Below, piece after piece: positions 1-12,609 of a stretch of DNA of 64,000 bases. This DNA is from Malacoraja senta. Taxonomy: Eukaryota. The stretch covers positions 10,232,001 to 10,296,000 of the forward strand of contig CM075994.1 in assembly GCA_038087875.1 (NCBI GenBank), in the 5' to 3' direction. Below the pieces are notes generated by a model, which saw only the letters and a program-made list of their open reading frames with translations, did no database searches and was not told where the DNA came from. A program made the translations under genes and the position numbers. Within the stretch, counting starts at the first letter, position 1, and every line of letters starts with the position of its first letter.

Positions 1-1160
1 ATTACAATCAAGTCAAACTCCAGTACAATAGATAGGGGAAAGGGACAGTTACAAGTTGCAGCATATAGTTCTCAGCATTGCAGCGTCACAACCCGCTAAC
101 ATTTATACAATGTCCTCTAATCTCTTGTCGGAGACCACAGAGTGCTTTACCTGCGTAAATCACATTGAAGTGCAGCCAGTAATGGCAACGGGAATCCAGA
201 ACCTCATCAATGAAGGCCCAGAGTACAACATCAGGACATAGTCACAAAAAGCTGGAGTAACTCAGCGGGACAGGCAGCATCTCTGGACAGAAGGAGTGGG
301 CGACGTTTCGGGTCGAGACCCTTCTTCTGACTGGGAGTCAGGGGAAAGCGAAGCGAGGGATGTAGACGGTGATATAATGAGATGTAGAAAAAAATGTGTG
401 AGAGTCCGAAGAAGGGTCCCGACCCGAAACCTAAGCCATTCCTTCCCTGTAGAGATGCTGCCTGTCCTGCTGAGATACTCCAGCAATTTGTGACTGTCTT
501 CGATTTAAACCAGCAGCTGCAGTTCCTTCCGACATCATCCGGAGGTTATGTTGAATCGGTATAAAACACAGGTTTGGACCCAACTGGCGCATCAAGCCTA
601 CTTCTGGTCACCAAACTTAATGAATGACGCGATGATCATCGGGAGGGCGCAGGAGATATTCACTGGGATGGTTTCAAGGATGAGGAGATTCGGGTCGAGA
701 TTGAGGCCGGAGAAGCGGGTGCAGGTTCTCTGTGGAGAAGGGCATTTGAAAGCTTTCACAGAGGGTTCAAGCTCAGGTCCGGTGTGGAGAGGGGGAATGG
801 GGGGGTGGGGGATCTTTCCCATCTGTGCGAAGTTCAAATGGGCACAGAATTGAGAGAGAGAAGCAACAAGGGTAATATGGCTGGGGGTGCTGGCGTAACT
901 CAGCGGGACAGGCAGCATCTCCGGAGAGAAGGAATGAATGACGTTTCGGGTAGAGACGGACTCCAGCATTTTGTGCCTATCTAAGCGGAATAAGTCTTTT
1001 CAATTAGTTTATTGTCACGTGTTTCGAGGTAAAGTGAAATAATTTTGTTGCGTGCTATCCAGTCAGCAGAAAGAAAATACATGATTACAATCGAGCCACT
1101 TACAGTGTACAGATACTCGATGATGGAATAACGTTTAGTGCAAGGTTAAGCCAGCAAAGT
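1..1160 (+). repeat. Segmental-duplication upstream block, copy A (continues at 4829-5430)
   Basis: Colinear high similarity to 24580-26062 and about 57130-58757. Confidence 0.9.
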
Positions 1161-4100
1161 CAATAGACAACAGACAATAGACAATAGGTGCAGGAGTAGG
1201 CCATTTGGCCCTTCGAGCCAGCACCGCCATTCAATGTGATCATGGCTGATCATCTCCAATCAGTACCCCGTTCCTGCCTTCTCCCCATATCCCCTGACTC
1301 CGCTATTTTTAAGAGCCCTATCTAGCTCTCTCTTGAATGCATCCAGAGAACCTGCCTCCACCGCCCTCTGAGGCAGAGAATTCCACAGACTCACCACTCT
1401 ATGTGAGGAAAAAGTGTTTCCTCGTCTCCGTTCTAAATGGTTTACCCCTTCTTCTTAAACTGTAGCCCCTGGTTCTGGATTCCCCAACATCGGGAACATG
1501 TTTCCTGCCTCCAGCGTGTCCAAACACTTAACAATCTTATATGTTTCAATAAGACCCCCTCTCATTCTTCTAAACTCCAGAGTGTACAAGCCCAGCTGCT
1601 TCATTATATCAGCATATGACAGTCCTGCCATCCCGGGAATTAACCTCGTAAACCTACGCTGCAATCCCTCAATAGCAAGAATGTCCTTCCTCAAATTAGG
1701 GGACCAAAGCTGCAAACAATATTCCAGGTGATGTCTCACTAGGGCGCTGTACAACTGCAGAAGGACGTCTTTGCTCCTATACTCAACTCCTCTTGTTATA
1801 AAGGCCTACGTGCCATTTGCTTTCTTCACTGCCTGCTGTACCTGCATGCTAACTTTCATAGACTGAGGAACAAGGATTCCCATATCCCGCTGTACGTCCC
1901 CTTTTCCCAACTTGACGCCATTTAGATAGTAATCTGCCTTCCCGTTTTTGCTACCAAAGTGGATAACCTCACATTTCGCCACATTAAACGGCATCTGCCA
2001 TGCATCCGCCCACTCCCCCAACCTGTCCAAGTCACCCTGCATTCTCATAGCATCCTCCCCACAGTTCACTCTGCCACCCAGCTTTGTGTCATCTGCAAAT
2101 TTGCTAATGTTACTTTGATCCCTTCATCCAAATCATTGATCTATATTGCACATAGCTGCGGTCCCTGCACCGAATAGAAACATAGAAACGTAGAAACATA
2201 GAAAATAGGTGCAGGAGTAGGCCATTCGGCCCTTCGAGCCTGCACCGCCATTCAATATGATCATGGCTGATCATCCAACTCAGTATCCTGTACCTGCTTT
2301 CTCTCCATGCCCCCTGATCCCTTTAGCCACAAGGGCCACATCTAACTCCCTCTTAAATATAGCCAATGAACTGGCCTCAACTACCTTCTGTGGCAGAGAA
2401 TTCCAGAGATTTACCACTATCTGTGTGAAAAATGTTTTCCTAATATCGGTCCTAAAAGATTTCCCCTTATCCTTAAACTGTGACCCCTTGTTCTGGACTT
2501 CCCCAACATCGGGAACAATCTTCCTGCATCTAGCCTGTCCAACCCCTTAAGAATTTTGTACGTTTCTATAAGATACCCCCATCAATCTTCTAAATTCTAG
2601 CGAGTACAAACCGAGTCTATCCAGTCTTTCTTCATATGAAAGTCCTGAAATCCCAGGAATCAGTCTGGTGAACCTTCTCTGTACTCCCTCTATGGCAAGA
2701 ATGTCTTTGCGCGGTAGCTGCGAATAGCTGCGAATCTTGCGGTACCCCACTAGCCACTGCCTTGCATTCTGAAAGGGACCCATTAATCCCCACTCTCAGT
2801 ACCCTGTCTGCCAACCAATTTTTCATCCATCCAACACTCCACCCCCAATACCATGTGCCCTAATTTTGCCCACTAATCTCCTATGTGGGACCTTATCAAA
2901 TGCTTTCTGAAAGTACAGGTACACTACATCCACTGGCTCTCCCTTGTCCATTTTCCTAGTTACATCTTCAAAAAATTCCAGATGATTAGTCAAGCATGAT
3001 TTCCCCATCGCAACTCCATGCTGACTCGGACAGTTCCTGTTACTGCTATCCAAATGTGCCGCTATTTCATCTTTTATAATTGACTTGAGCATCTTCCCCA
3101 CCACCGATGTCCGGCTAACTGGTCTATAATTCCCTGTTTTCTCTCTCCCGCCTTTCTTAAAATGTGGGATAACATTAGCTACCCTGCAATCCACAGGAAC
3201 TCATCCTGAGTCTATAGAACATTGGAAAATTATCACCAATGCATCCACGATTTCTAGAGCCACTTCCTTAAGTACCCCGCGATGCAGACCATCAGGCCCT
3301 GGGGATTTATCAGCCTTCAGTCCCCTCAGTCTATCCAACACCATTTCCTGCCTAATGTGGATTTCCTTCAGTTCCTCCGTCACCCCAGATCCTCTGGCCA
3401 CTACTATATCAGGAAGATGGTTTGTGTCCTCCTTAGTGAAGACAGATCAAAAGTACCTGTTCAACTCATCAGCCATTTCCTTGTTCCCCATAATAAATTC
3501 ACCTTTTTCGGTCTTCAGGGGTCCAACTTTGGTCTTAACTAATGTTTTTCCCTTCACAGACCAAAAGAAGCTTTTACTATCCTGCTTTATATTCTTTGCT
3601 AGCTTACCTTCGTACCTCATCTTTTCTCCCCGTATTGTCTTTTTAGTTATCTTCTGTTGCTCTTTAAACATTACCCAATCCTCTTGCTTCCCGCTCATCT
3701 TTGCCACATTGTACTTCTTCTCTTTTATTTTTATACTGTCCCTGACGTCCTTTGTCAGCCACGGTCGCCCCTTACTACCCTTGGAATCTTTCTTCCTCCT
3801 AGGAATGAACTGGTCCTGCACATTCTGTATTATTCATAGAAATACCAGCCATTTTTGTTCCAATGTCATTCCTGCTGGCGTATCTTTCCAGTCAACTTTG
3901 GCCAGCTCCTCCCTCATGGCCCCATAGTCCCCTTTATTCAACTGCAACACTGACACCTCCGATATACCATTCTCCCTCTCCAATTGTATATTAAACCTGA
4001 CCATGTTATGGTCACTGCCTCCTAATGGCTCATTAACCTCGAGGTCCTTTATCAAACGCGGTTCATCACATAACACTAAATCCAGAATTGCCTTCTCCCT

Positions 4101-4822
4101 GGTAGGCTCCAATACAAGCTGTTCTAAGAATCCATCACGAAGGCACTCTACAAAGTCCCTTTCTTGGGGTCCAGTACCAACCTGATTTTCCCAGTCTACC
4201 TGCATGTTGAAATCTCCCATAACAACCACAGCATTACTTTTGCTACATGCCAATTTTAACTCCTGATTCAACTTGCACCCTATGTCCTGGCTACTGTTTG
4301 GGGGCCTGCAGATAAGTCCCATTTGGGTCTTTTTGCCCTTACAATTCCTTAGTTCTATCCATACTAACTCCACATCTCCTGTTTCAATGTCACCTCTTGC
4401 AAGGGACTGAATTTCATTCCTCACCAACAGAGCTACCCCACCCCCTCTGCCCACCCGTCTGTCTTTTCGATAGGAAGTATACCCTTGAATATTCAGTTCC
4501 CAGCCCTGGCCCTCTTGCAGCCATGTCTCTGTAATTCTGAAAACATCATACTTGCCAGTTTCTGACTGAGCCCCAAGCTCATCCACGTAATTTCTTGTAA
4601 TTCGCGCATTCATATACAACACTTTGACCTCCGTATTCACGACCCCCTCACACCGCTCGCAATTGGCCCTGAACTTAATCTTTTATCCCTTTTCGAACTT
4701 CCCTTCCCATTAATTCGAGAATCTTTTGTATTTTTTCCTGTAGTCACTTCCCCTTCAACTCCATCTTTATACTTCCAATTTGTCAACCCCCCCCCCCCAC
4801 CCCACTATTTAGTTTAAATCCA
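1161..4822 (-). mobile_element. CR1 LINE, near-complete degraded ORF2 (AP endonuclease + RT), with a nested younger CR1
   Basis: APE motifs (ITETWL, MGDFN, SDHN), RT ([16 protein letters not shown]), 3' tail GACAATAG repeats at 1161. Confidence 0.92.
2175..2720 (-). mobile_element. CR1 LINE 3' fragment nested in the CR1 at 1161-4822
   Basis: (ATAGAAAC)n tail; AIEGVQRRFTRLIPG; the host RT resumes at about 2733. Confidence 0.85.
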
Positions 4823-5408
4823 CACGTTTGAGAGAGAGAAGCAACAAGTGGAATATGCCTAGAAACGTAGGAAGTACTGCAGATGCTGGCTTAAACCGAA
4901 GATAGACACAAAATCCTGGAGCAACGCAACGGGACAGGCAGCATCTCTGGGGAGAAGGAATGGGTGACGTTTTGGGTAGAGACGGTCTCCAGCATTTTGT
5001 GCCTATCTAGGGGGAATAAGGCTTTTCAGTTTAGTTTATTGTCACGTGTTTCGAGGTACAGTGAAATACTTTTGTTGCGCGCTATCCAGTCAGCAGAAAG
5101 ATAATACATGATTACAATCGAGCCACTTGCAGTGTACAGATACTAGATGATGGAATAACGTTCAGAGCAAGGTTAAGCTAGCAAAGTCAGATCATAGTTA
5201 AAGTGAGAAATGTTGAGGTGGGAGTAGAGATTTAAGAGTGTGGGGCGATTGTAATATGTGAATGTAGATCTGCATCGCACGCAAATAGACGCCTTGGTTG
5301 GGCGCCATCTCGGAAGCATTAGCGGCAAGAATGACCTGCAGGGGCGGAGGAAATGCAGCCAATTTGGCGTTCGAATCTGAGTGTTCCGTGTTCCACACTC
5401 ACTGATTC

Positions 5409-5840
5409 CACGGTGGCGCAGCGGTAGAGTTGCTGCCTTGCAGCGCTTGCAGCGCCAGAGACCCGGGTTCGATCCCTTCTGGCGGATTTGTACGTTTTCA
5501 CCGAGACCGCGTGGGTTTTCTCCGAGATTTTCGGTTTCTTGCCACACTCCAATGATGTACAGGTATGTAGGTTAATTGGCTTGGTGTATTTGTACAATTG
5601 ACCCTAGTGTGTGCAGGATTGTGTCAATATTCAGGCTGACGAAGGGTCTCGACCCGAAACGTCACCTATTCCATCGCACCATAGATGCTGCCTCATCCGC
5701 TGAGTTTCTCTAGCATTTTTGTCTACCATTAATATGCGGGGATCGCTGATCGCACCGACCAGCGATCCGGACTCGGTGGGCCGAAGGGCCTGTTTTCGCG
5801 GTGTATCTCTAAACTAAACTAAACTAAACTGAACTAAACT
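5409..5840 (+). mobile_element. tRNA-derived SINE (HE1/V-SINE-like), interrupted by a Penelope-repeat fragment at about 5631-5728
   Basis: A-box GGTGGCGCAGCGG, B-box GGTTCGATCC, (AAACT)n tail. Confidence 0.8.
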
Positions 5841-6282
5841 GATCAGCAGTGAAAGTGAACCTTTGCAAACTGCAATGAATGTTAGACGGCCATATAATAT
5901 CCTTTAAACAATACACGCAAACATAGATTGCCCCGAAGACTGCTGCATGAGAGACAGGTGCACTGTTGTGGATTAAAATAAGGGCGGAGGGAGGTCTCCG
6001 TCCATCCTGATCCCGGGCTGTGAACGGAGATGCGAGCGGCGGGTTCCACTGCCCAACAAGTGCAACGTCTCCTCGGGTTACACCCGAGGCTTCCTTAGCA
6101 CCGGGCCCCGTCCCTTTTTGTCCTGCCTTAATATTTCTCGTCCATACTCAGGCTAGTTTAATGTCCAATCTACCGCTCCCTCGTTTGAGATGAGCTGGAA
6201 GCGGCCAGGACATCTCCGCACTGAACACTTGCAGCCAAATAACATTCATTGCCCGGGCGCAGCGACACGGTACTGTAGGGGT

Positions 6283-6599
6283 TGAGTTTAATTTAGTTTA
6301 GAGATACAGCGCGCAAACAGGCCCTTCGGCCCACCGGGTCCCCGCCGACAAGCGATCCCCTCACGTTAACACTGTCCTACACCAACTATGGACATTTTTT
6401 ACATGTACCAAGCCAATTTTTTACATTTGGCAAAAATTGTAGTGTGGGGGGAAACCGAAGACCTCGGAGAAAACCCACGCAGATCACGGGGAGAACGTAC
6501 ACACTCCACACAGATAGCACCCGTAGTCAGCATCGAACCCGGGTCTCTGAGGCGCTGCATTCGCTGTAAGGCAGCAACTCTACGGCTGCGCCATCGTGA
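6283..6599 (-). mobile_element. tRNA-derived SINE, antisense, ending about 76 bp upstream of the TRIM copy 1 ATG
   Basis: Reverse complement of the same SINE head and tail; equivalent copy at 40494-40812. Confidence 0.8.
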
Positions 6600-6675
6600 G
6601 GGTCACGTGACCGTCACGTCCTTCAGCCGCTCCACGTCAGCGAAAATTTTGAACCAGGAAGTGGCGGATTTAAAA

Positions 6676-7086
6676 ATGGCTTCGAAAGACCAGGTCGAGA
6701 GTTTAACCGAGGAGGCAGTTTGTCCCATCTGCCTGGAATTCTTCACAGATCCTGTGACATTGGAGTGTGGGCACTACTTCTGCCGCTCTTGCATCACACA
6801 GAGTTGGGACAGGGAGGGGAGAAACTCCTGCCCGGAGTGCAGAGAGGAGTTTGTGGACCGCACCCTCAGGGTGAATCGGGCCTTGATTAGACTGTCTGAG
6901 AAAGCTCGAGCACTGAGCCTGAATTCCAAAGAGAAGGAAAGTAAACTTCACTGCGAGAAACATCAGGAAGAACTGAAGCTGTTTTGTGAAACGGACAAGA
7001 AACTGATCTGTGTGATTTGTGCAGCTGGGCGGGAACACAAGACTCACAGCTTCATGCTGGTAGATGAAGCAATTGAATTCTACAAG
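6676..7086 (+). CDS. TRIM copy 1 coding exon 1 (RING + B-box)
   Basis: AAAATGG start; [19 protein letters not shown]...EFYK; donor AAG|GTAAAA. Confidence 0.93.
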
Positions 7087-10000
7087 GTAAAACAAAATCA
7101 ATTTTGATCACTTCATTCTAATCATTTCTTTGTTTTCTGATATTTTCGTTCTCTGATCTGAAACCCAATCCCAGGAACAGGTGACATTTTCTTTCGAATC
7201 TCTCACAGAGAAGAAATCAGTGATCGAGAAAATGGAGCAGAAACAGAAAGAGAGCATTTCTGGAGTTCAGGTGGGGCTTTGTACTATCAATTTAATTATT
7301 TTGTGTAGATTTGACCCCGATGATGCGTGTAATAAGTGGGCACCTCTATAGAGCTCAGTAGTCGAGGACCCGAGATCTTGGGAGCGGTTGGGCAATCAAG
7401 GACTTTACTCTCGGGAGCGCAGGAGTCTGAACAATTATCTATTGCACGTGTATAATATGATGAAACGAAATGTTAGGGTGAATACTCAGTCTTTTACCCT
7501 GGGTAGGGCGTCGAGCATGCGAGGGCATCGGTTTAAGGTGAGAAGCAACAGATTTAATACGAACATTAAGGGCACCTTTGGTAGTGGGTATATGGAACGA
7601 GCTGCCTGGGGAGATGGTTGATTCAGGTGCCATTACTATATTTAAAAGCTATTTGAACAAATTCGTGGAGAGAACATTTTAGAACTATCTGGGCCAAATG
7701 CGGAGAGGTGGAAATAGCGCGTCTTGGTCGGTATCTAGCACCCCTTGCTGTATGACTCTATGAAGTCTGTCATTCTAAGTGGAGCTGCTCTCTGTTAGTT
7801 CTGGTGACCTGGTTCTGTCCAGTGAGGGTTAATGGACACATGAAATGGAATAGGTTGCAGGGAATTGTTCTTGGGAAATGGAAGTGTTGTGATTGTACAT
7901 TACTTTCACCAAATATTTCATATCAAGACGAGCTCTTGAATTGCCAAGGCAATGAAATCATCGGATTAAATACATGTAAATGTGATTAGTGTAGGTAGCA
8001 TAGTCATGTTGGGCTGAAAGGCATATTTCTGCGCTCCAGAACTCGACATTAATTAGCAAAATGTCACCTTCCATGTCATGATGAAACACAGCAGAGTGAC
8101 ACAATGTATTGATTCTCATCTTTCATCTGACAGGAAGAGTCACGCAACCTTCAGTCACAGACCACATCCCAGTTTGCTGAACTGCACCAGATTCTCACTC
8201 AGAAAGAGCAGCGGGTACTCGGAGATATCCGGGAAGATGAGGCGAAGATTGTAAAAACAATGGAGAAAAATCTTCAAGAGATTCAAGTGAATTTAAATTC
8301 CATTCAGGAGGAACTCTCAAAGTTACAGCAACAGATAGACCACAAGGACGGCGTGATATTTCTGAAGGTAAGGGGTTACACTGCAGCTTGGCGAAGTGAA
8401 ATTGCACAGTCACAAAATGGTAGATTAATTTTCTGAAATAAATGCTGCATTTACCAGTAATTCAGTATTGGGTCAATGTTCCGTCTGTTCCATCTACTCA
8501 CCACATCCAACAATAATGCCCCAAAATTCCAGGTGTCCTTGTGTATTTATCCCACTTCAACTTAAAGTTATCTGCAATATTGTCTTCAGGCCAACTTGTG
8601 AGTTCCACGTTCTATTTACTGCATTCCTTGTGAAAGTTATTAAAGGCCATCTTATATTTCAACTTTGATTTTAGGTCCCCCACATGTAGTGATAATATTT
8701 CCAACCCCACCCATTTAAATCCGCCGCTGATCTCAAAATATTCCATCCCATTATCTCTGACCTTCTCCAGATAAAATCCCATGACCTGCCCGGTCTTACT
8801 CATAAGTTGCATACTCGCAATTATTTTCATCGACATTCCTAATGCTTTCCCCCGTGTTCGATGTCTCTACGACAATATCCACTTTCTGTCTGTGTAACAG
8901 CGGCAAAGAGTTGGGAAATGGGAATTATCAGAGGGTTTTTTGTAGCAATTTGGTGAAAGAACCGCTGTCGGGATCATGACGATCCATCTCAGTCTATTGA
9001 GATTTGTGTTTTATTTATTTCAGGAGGAAGCTGGTCGCAAGAGGAGGTAGGACATGCTTTTGACTTAAACAATGTATGTTTTTATAGTACAGCTAAAAAA
9101 AAGAGCTAATGTTCAGTTTCTAACCAGCTGTTAAATATTTGCAGGGTGAGTGATGAAACCAAACCAATGTTGGTTGTAGATGGCGCGCTGCCCATTGAAA
9201 AGTATGATCGAACTTTTTTCTACAACATGGCATTGAGAGAAACATCTGATATCATCAACCGAGGTAAAACTAATACCTTTTCCATTGTTCTTTTTTAAGA
9301 CATCTTTATGCAAACCTTATATGTGAAGATTCATGTTATTAATGGACTCTGTGGGAGGCATCACAGAGACAAAGGGCGAAGTTTGTTTGCACTTCAACAA
9401 ATCCTTGCTTCTGGGTGAATGTGTTTGCTGTGCTGGGTGAAATTGCGTAGACTAGGCCTGTGTAGTCGAGAGTTTGGGTGTAGTAGAGGAGATCTTAGTG
9501 AAACACAAAGTCCTTACAGGGCTCAGTGGGCTGGATGCACGGAGGATGTTTTGCCTGTCTAAGGGGTCTGGAGCCAGCGTACACACTCTCAGAATGTGGG
9601 CTGGACCATTCAGGACAGAGACAAGGAGACATTACTGCACGCAGAGACCGGGCAAACTTTGGAATTCCCAGCACCGGTGGCTATGAATAATCAGTCATTC
9701 AGTGCTCTTGGAGCCAGCGAGCCATGGTTGTACATTACGGAGTCAGGCCCTTCGGCCCATCTCGTCCATGTCCACCTTTTTTCCCAGCCACACTAATCCC
9801 ATTTGCACACATTCGAACCGTATTATTCTACACCTCGTTTGCTAAATCGCAATTCCTCTTACATGGAGTGATTACATCTGATTCCACCACCTCCTCTGCC
9901 AAAATATTCCATGTATTAACAACTCTTTGTGAGAAGAAAACTGCGTCCTCCAGTAGTGATATACCTGCATGACAATAAGGTTTCGATGATCTTGCCTATA

Positions 10001-11414
10001 TCCTGCTGCAGACTTTGACAGACTACCTTGCTATCCATAACATAAGCCGTTCTCCGCAAACTTAGTAGTCACACCTCCTACATTCACATCCAAGCCATGA
10101 AAACATAAAATAAAAAGCAAAGGTTGCAGCACCGATCCCTGCTGCACACCACCAGTCACAGACCTCCAGGCAGAACAATCATCCTTCTAGCGATACCTTC
10201 TACCTCCAACCACCAAGCCAATTGTCGGACCAATTTACCAACTCGTCTTGGATCCCACCTGCCTTCGCTTTCTGGACCAGCCTTACATGCAAAACATTGT
10301 CGTCACTCAGTGAAGTTCATATATTGCTTCACAATGCGATCAGAGTGTTCTTGGTTGTACAGACGCATCAAACCCACCCTCCACTATAGAAAGCAAGTAA
10401 ACAGTAGCAGATTGCTTCGCCCGTCCAGTCCACTCCCGTTCAGTATGATCACGGCAACCCCACCCCACATCTCTACATCCACTTTAACCACCTCTAGTTA
10501 CCACTCACATCCCTCTCCTCCTCTTCCAATCTGCCTCTCCCTCGCCATCTACTGGCAAGATATTTAAATAGCCGCCTTATTTCTCCATCTCCACCCGCAA
10601 TCTCTCGTTCATCCTCACTTTCCGCATTGGTCTTCCCCGTCCACACGCCTCACCCCCTCCCGTTCCAGACAACCCGCAGAATTTCCCCTCTCCTGCGAAA
10701 TTCAGGGAAAGATGTCTGTTGTTCATCCAATGTTGTTGTCGGTGATTCCCCGGGCAAGGTGTCAGTTGTCCGCCCGCCTGTGCCTTAGGCCGAGCGGCTT
10801 CTCCCCCGGTCCCGGGGCCGCGCTGCCCGAGTCTCCCCACCGACCCCCGGGGACTCTCTGATTATCTGCTTCTCCCCCTAGTCTCCGCCATCCTGGATGT
10901 GGAAACAGCCGGCCCGCAGCTCGAGGTGTCTGAGGATCGGAAGAGTGTGAGGTGGACCCGGACTCGGAGGAGTCTCCCTGACACCGGGAAGAGGTTTACA
11001 GACAATCCGCGTGTGCTGGGATCGGAGGGATTCACATCGGGGAGACATTACTGGGAGGTGGAGGTGGCGGAGAATCAGGGCTGGAGGCTGGGAGTCGCCG
11101 CAGAGTCTGTGGAGAGGAATAGACTGGTCACACTAACCCCGGAGACTGGAGTCTGGAGCATCACGCGGTGGGATGACGAGGTTGATGCATCCGTCTCCCC
11201 TCCATCCCCTCTCCCCGCCCGTCCCATCCCCGGAAGGGTGGGAGTTTATCTGAGTTACGAGTCCGGGACGGTTTCATTTTACAACGCGCACACCAAGTCC
11301 CATCTCTACACCTTCACTGGGAATAAATTCACGGAGAAACTTTATCCTTTGATCGGTACTGTGGATGAAAACCAATGGTTGATAATCTGCTCCGGTTCCG
11401 CTCCGGGTGTGTAA
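6676..11414 (+). CDS. TRIM gene copy 1: RING-B-box2-coiled-coil-PRY/SPRY (B30.2) putative E3 ligase (A33/NF7/TRIM39-like), 471 aa; join(6676-7086,7175-7270,8134-8367,9024-9046,9145-9263,10882-11414)
   Basis: RING ([17 protein letters not shown]), B-box (CEKH..C..D..C..C..H..H), coiled-coil exons and B30.2 ([24 protein letters not shown]). All introns are GT-AG with phases 0,0,0,2,1. Exon lengths 411+96+234+23+119+533=1416 nt, open throughout. Confidence 0.93.
7175..7270 (+). CDS. TRIM copy 1 exon 2 (coiled coil)
   Basis: CCCAG|GAA...CAG|GTGGGG; 96 nt, [14 protein letters not shown]...SGVQ. Confidence 0.88.
8134..8367 (+). CDS. TRIM copy 1 exon 3 (coiled coil)
   Basis: GACAG|GAA...AAG|GTAAGG; 234 nt, [21 protein letters not shown]...VIFLK. 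Confidence 0.9.
9024..9046 (+). CDS. TRIM copy 1 exon 4 (23-nt micro-exon)
   Basis: TTTCAG|GAGGAAGCTGGTCGCAAGAGGAG|GTAGGA; same size and flanks in the paralogs at 47098 and 53003. Confidence 0.85.
9145..9263 (+). CDS. TRIM copy 1 exon 5 (linker)
   Basis: TTGCAG|G...CGAG|GTAAAA; 119 nt; maintains the frame into the B30.2 exon. Confidence 0.85.
10882..11414 (+). CDS. TRIM copy 1 exon 6 (PRY/SPRY B30.2)
   Basis: CCCCTAG|TC TCC GCC ATC CTG GAT GTG; ends [17 protein letters not shown] at 11552 and 11589. Confidence 0.93.
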
Positions 11415-12179
11415 AAGGGTCGGGTCCCGGGACCGTCGTCAGGTGCGGGATCAGGGGCTGTGGGGCAGAAACCCGGTGGACAACAGGTTGGCGCTGAACG
11501 GCTCCCATTTAATCCCCAAATTCCGCGTCGTGAAACCCCAGTGAGCGCGGAAATAAAACCAGGGGGGATGTAAATGTGGGAAGACTGAAATAAACAGCAA
11601 CTGAAATCAGAGCTGTATGTCGATCCGTTCATTTTAACGCGTTATTCAACAGGGTATTAAATGTATCTGTTGTATTAATCTACTGACCTACAACATTGTA
11701 AGTGGGTTTGATTTCAATGAACGAACCCCTTTTACATATTTTCCTCTGATTATCTGCCTGTTTCTTCCCTTCTTTCACCCAATCCACCAGGTGAAACTTG
11801 AATCACCGCCCTCAGCCCAAGAGAGAGAAATAGTCATGAGTTGTTAATTGTCATATATACCGGGGCGGAGTAATGAAATTCTTACTTGTCCTTAATCTGA
11901 GTTTGCATCTATATCACTCCTCACAACTTTCCCTCAAACTGCGGGACACAATTCTGTTCCTGACTCCAATGTTAGTAAATAATCCTCGGTCCTCATTCAA
12001 GGAATGTTGCCAGTCCATCCTCCATGTCCGTAATCTTCCAGATTTGTAATCAGCATTCCTAACTCCTAACAAAGTCGGTTGCAAAATCTCTGACTCAGAG
12101 CATTTTGCCTGAGCCCAGACCACTGATGTGTGGGTGGACAAAGCTGAGATAGTCAAGTGGAGTTGGGATGGGTCCGCAG

Positions 12180-12590
12180 TTGGTCAGGCAGGATCTGCGG
12201 AGAGAGGACATGAGTTCGCATTCCGAGTCTCTGGTCGAAATTTGCCCTGACCCTGTCAGTCCTGCTGCACATAAAAAAACATTAGTTGTTGATGTTGTTG
12301 GGAATATGAGGCACTGTTCCTCCAGTTTGTGTATGGCCTCGCTCTGGCAGCGCAGAGGGCCCAGGACAGAAAGGTCAACGTGGGAATGGGAAGAGGAGCT
12401 CAAATGATTGGCATCCGGCAGCCCTTGGCAGACCGATTGCAAGTGTCAGCCAAATGGTCGGCGACTCTGGACTTTCACACGAATGTGCACCAGGCGTCAC
12501 CATGAATACAGGATGCAGTGGGTGAGGTGACCGTGAACCTCTGCCTCATTTCGAAGGACGGCTCTGATACCTTGATGGAGGTGAGGGGGA
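12180..12590 (-). mobile_element. Penelope-like element GIY-YIG C-terminal fragment
   Basis: SHSHVDLSVLGPLRCQSEAIHKLEEQCLIF matches the PLE fragment at 54012-54278. Confidence 0.6.
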
Positions 12591-12609
12591 AGGTCCCATA
12601 AACGTAGTC

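Noticed and set aside
548..853. ORF MLNRYKTQVWTQL... recurring three times (548, 25128, 57266)
   Set aside because: Degenerate CR1 RT C-terminus (compare [19 protein letters not shown]) copied with the segmental duplication; ends differ between copies.
5409..5480. tRNA-like sequence with A and B boxes
   Set aside because: SINE head followed by a SINE body and (AAACT)n tail; not a tRNA gene.
6388..6675. 96-aa N-terminal extension of the TRIM copy 1 ORF
   Set aside because: Mostly antisense SINE sequence. It is not in frame with the ATG in copy 2, and the conserved start is MASKDQ at 6676.
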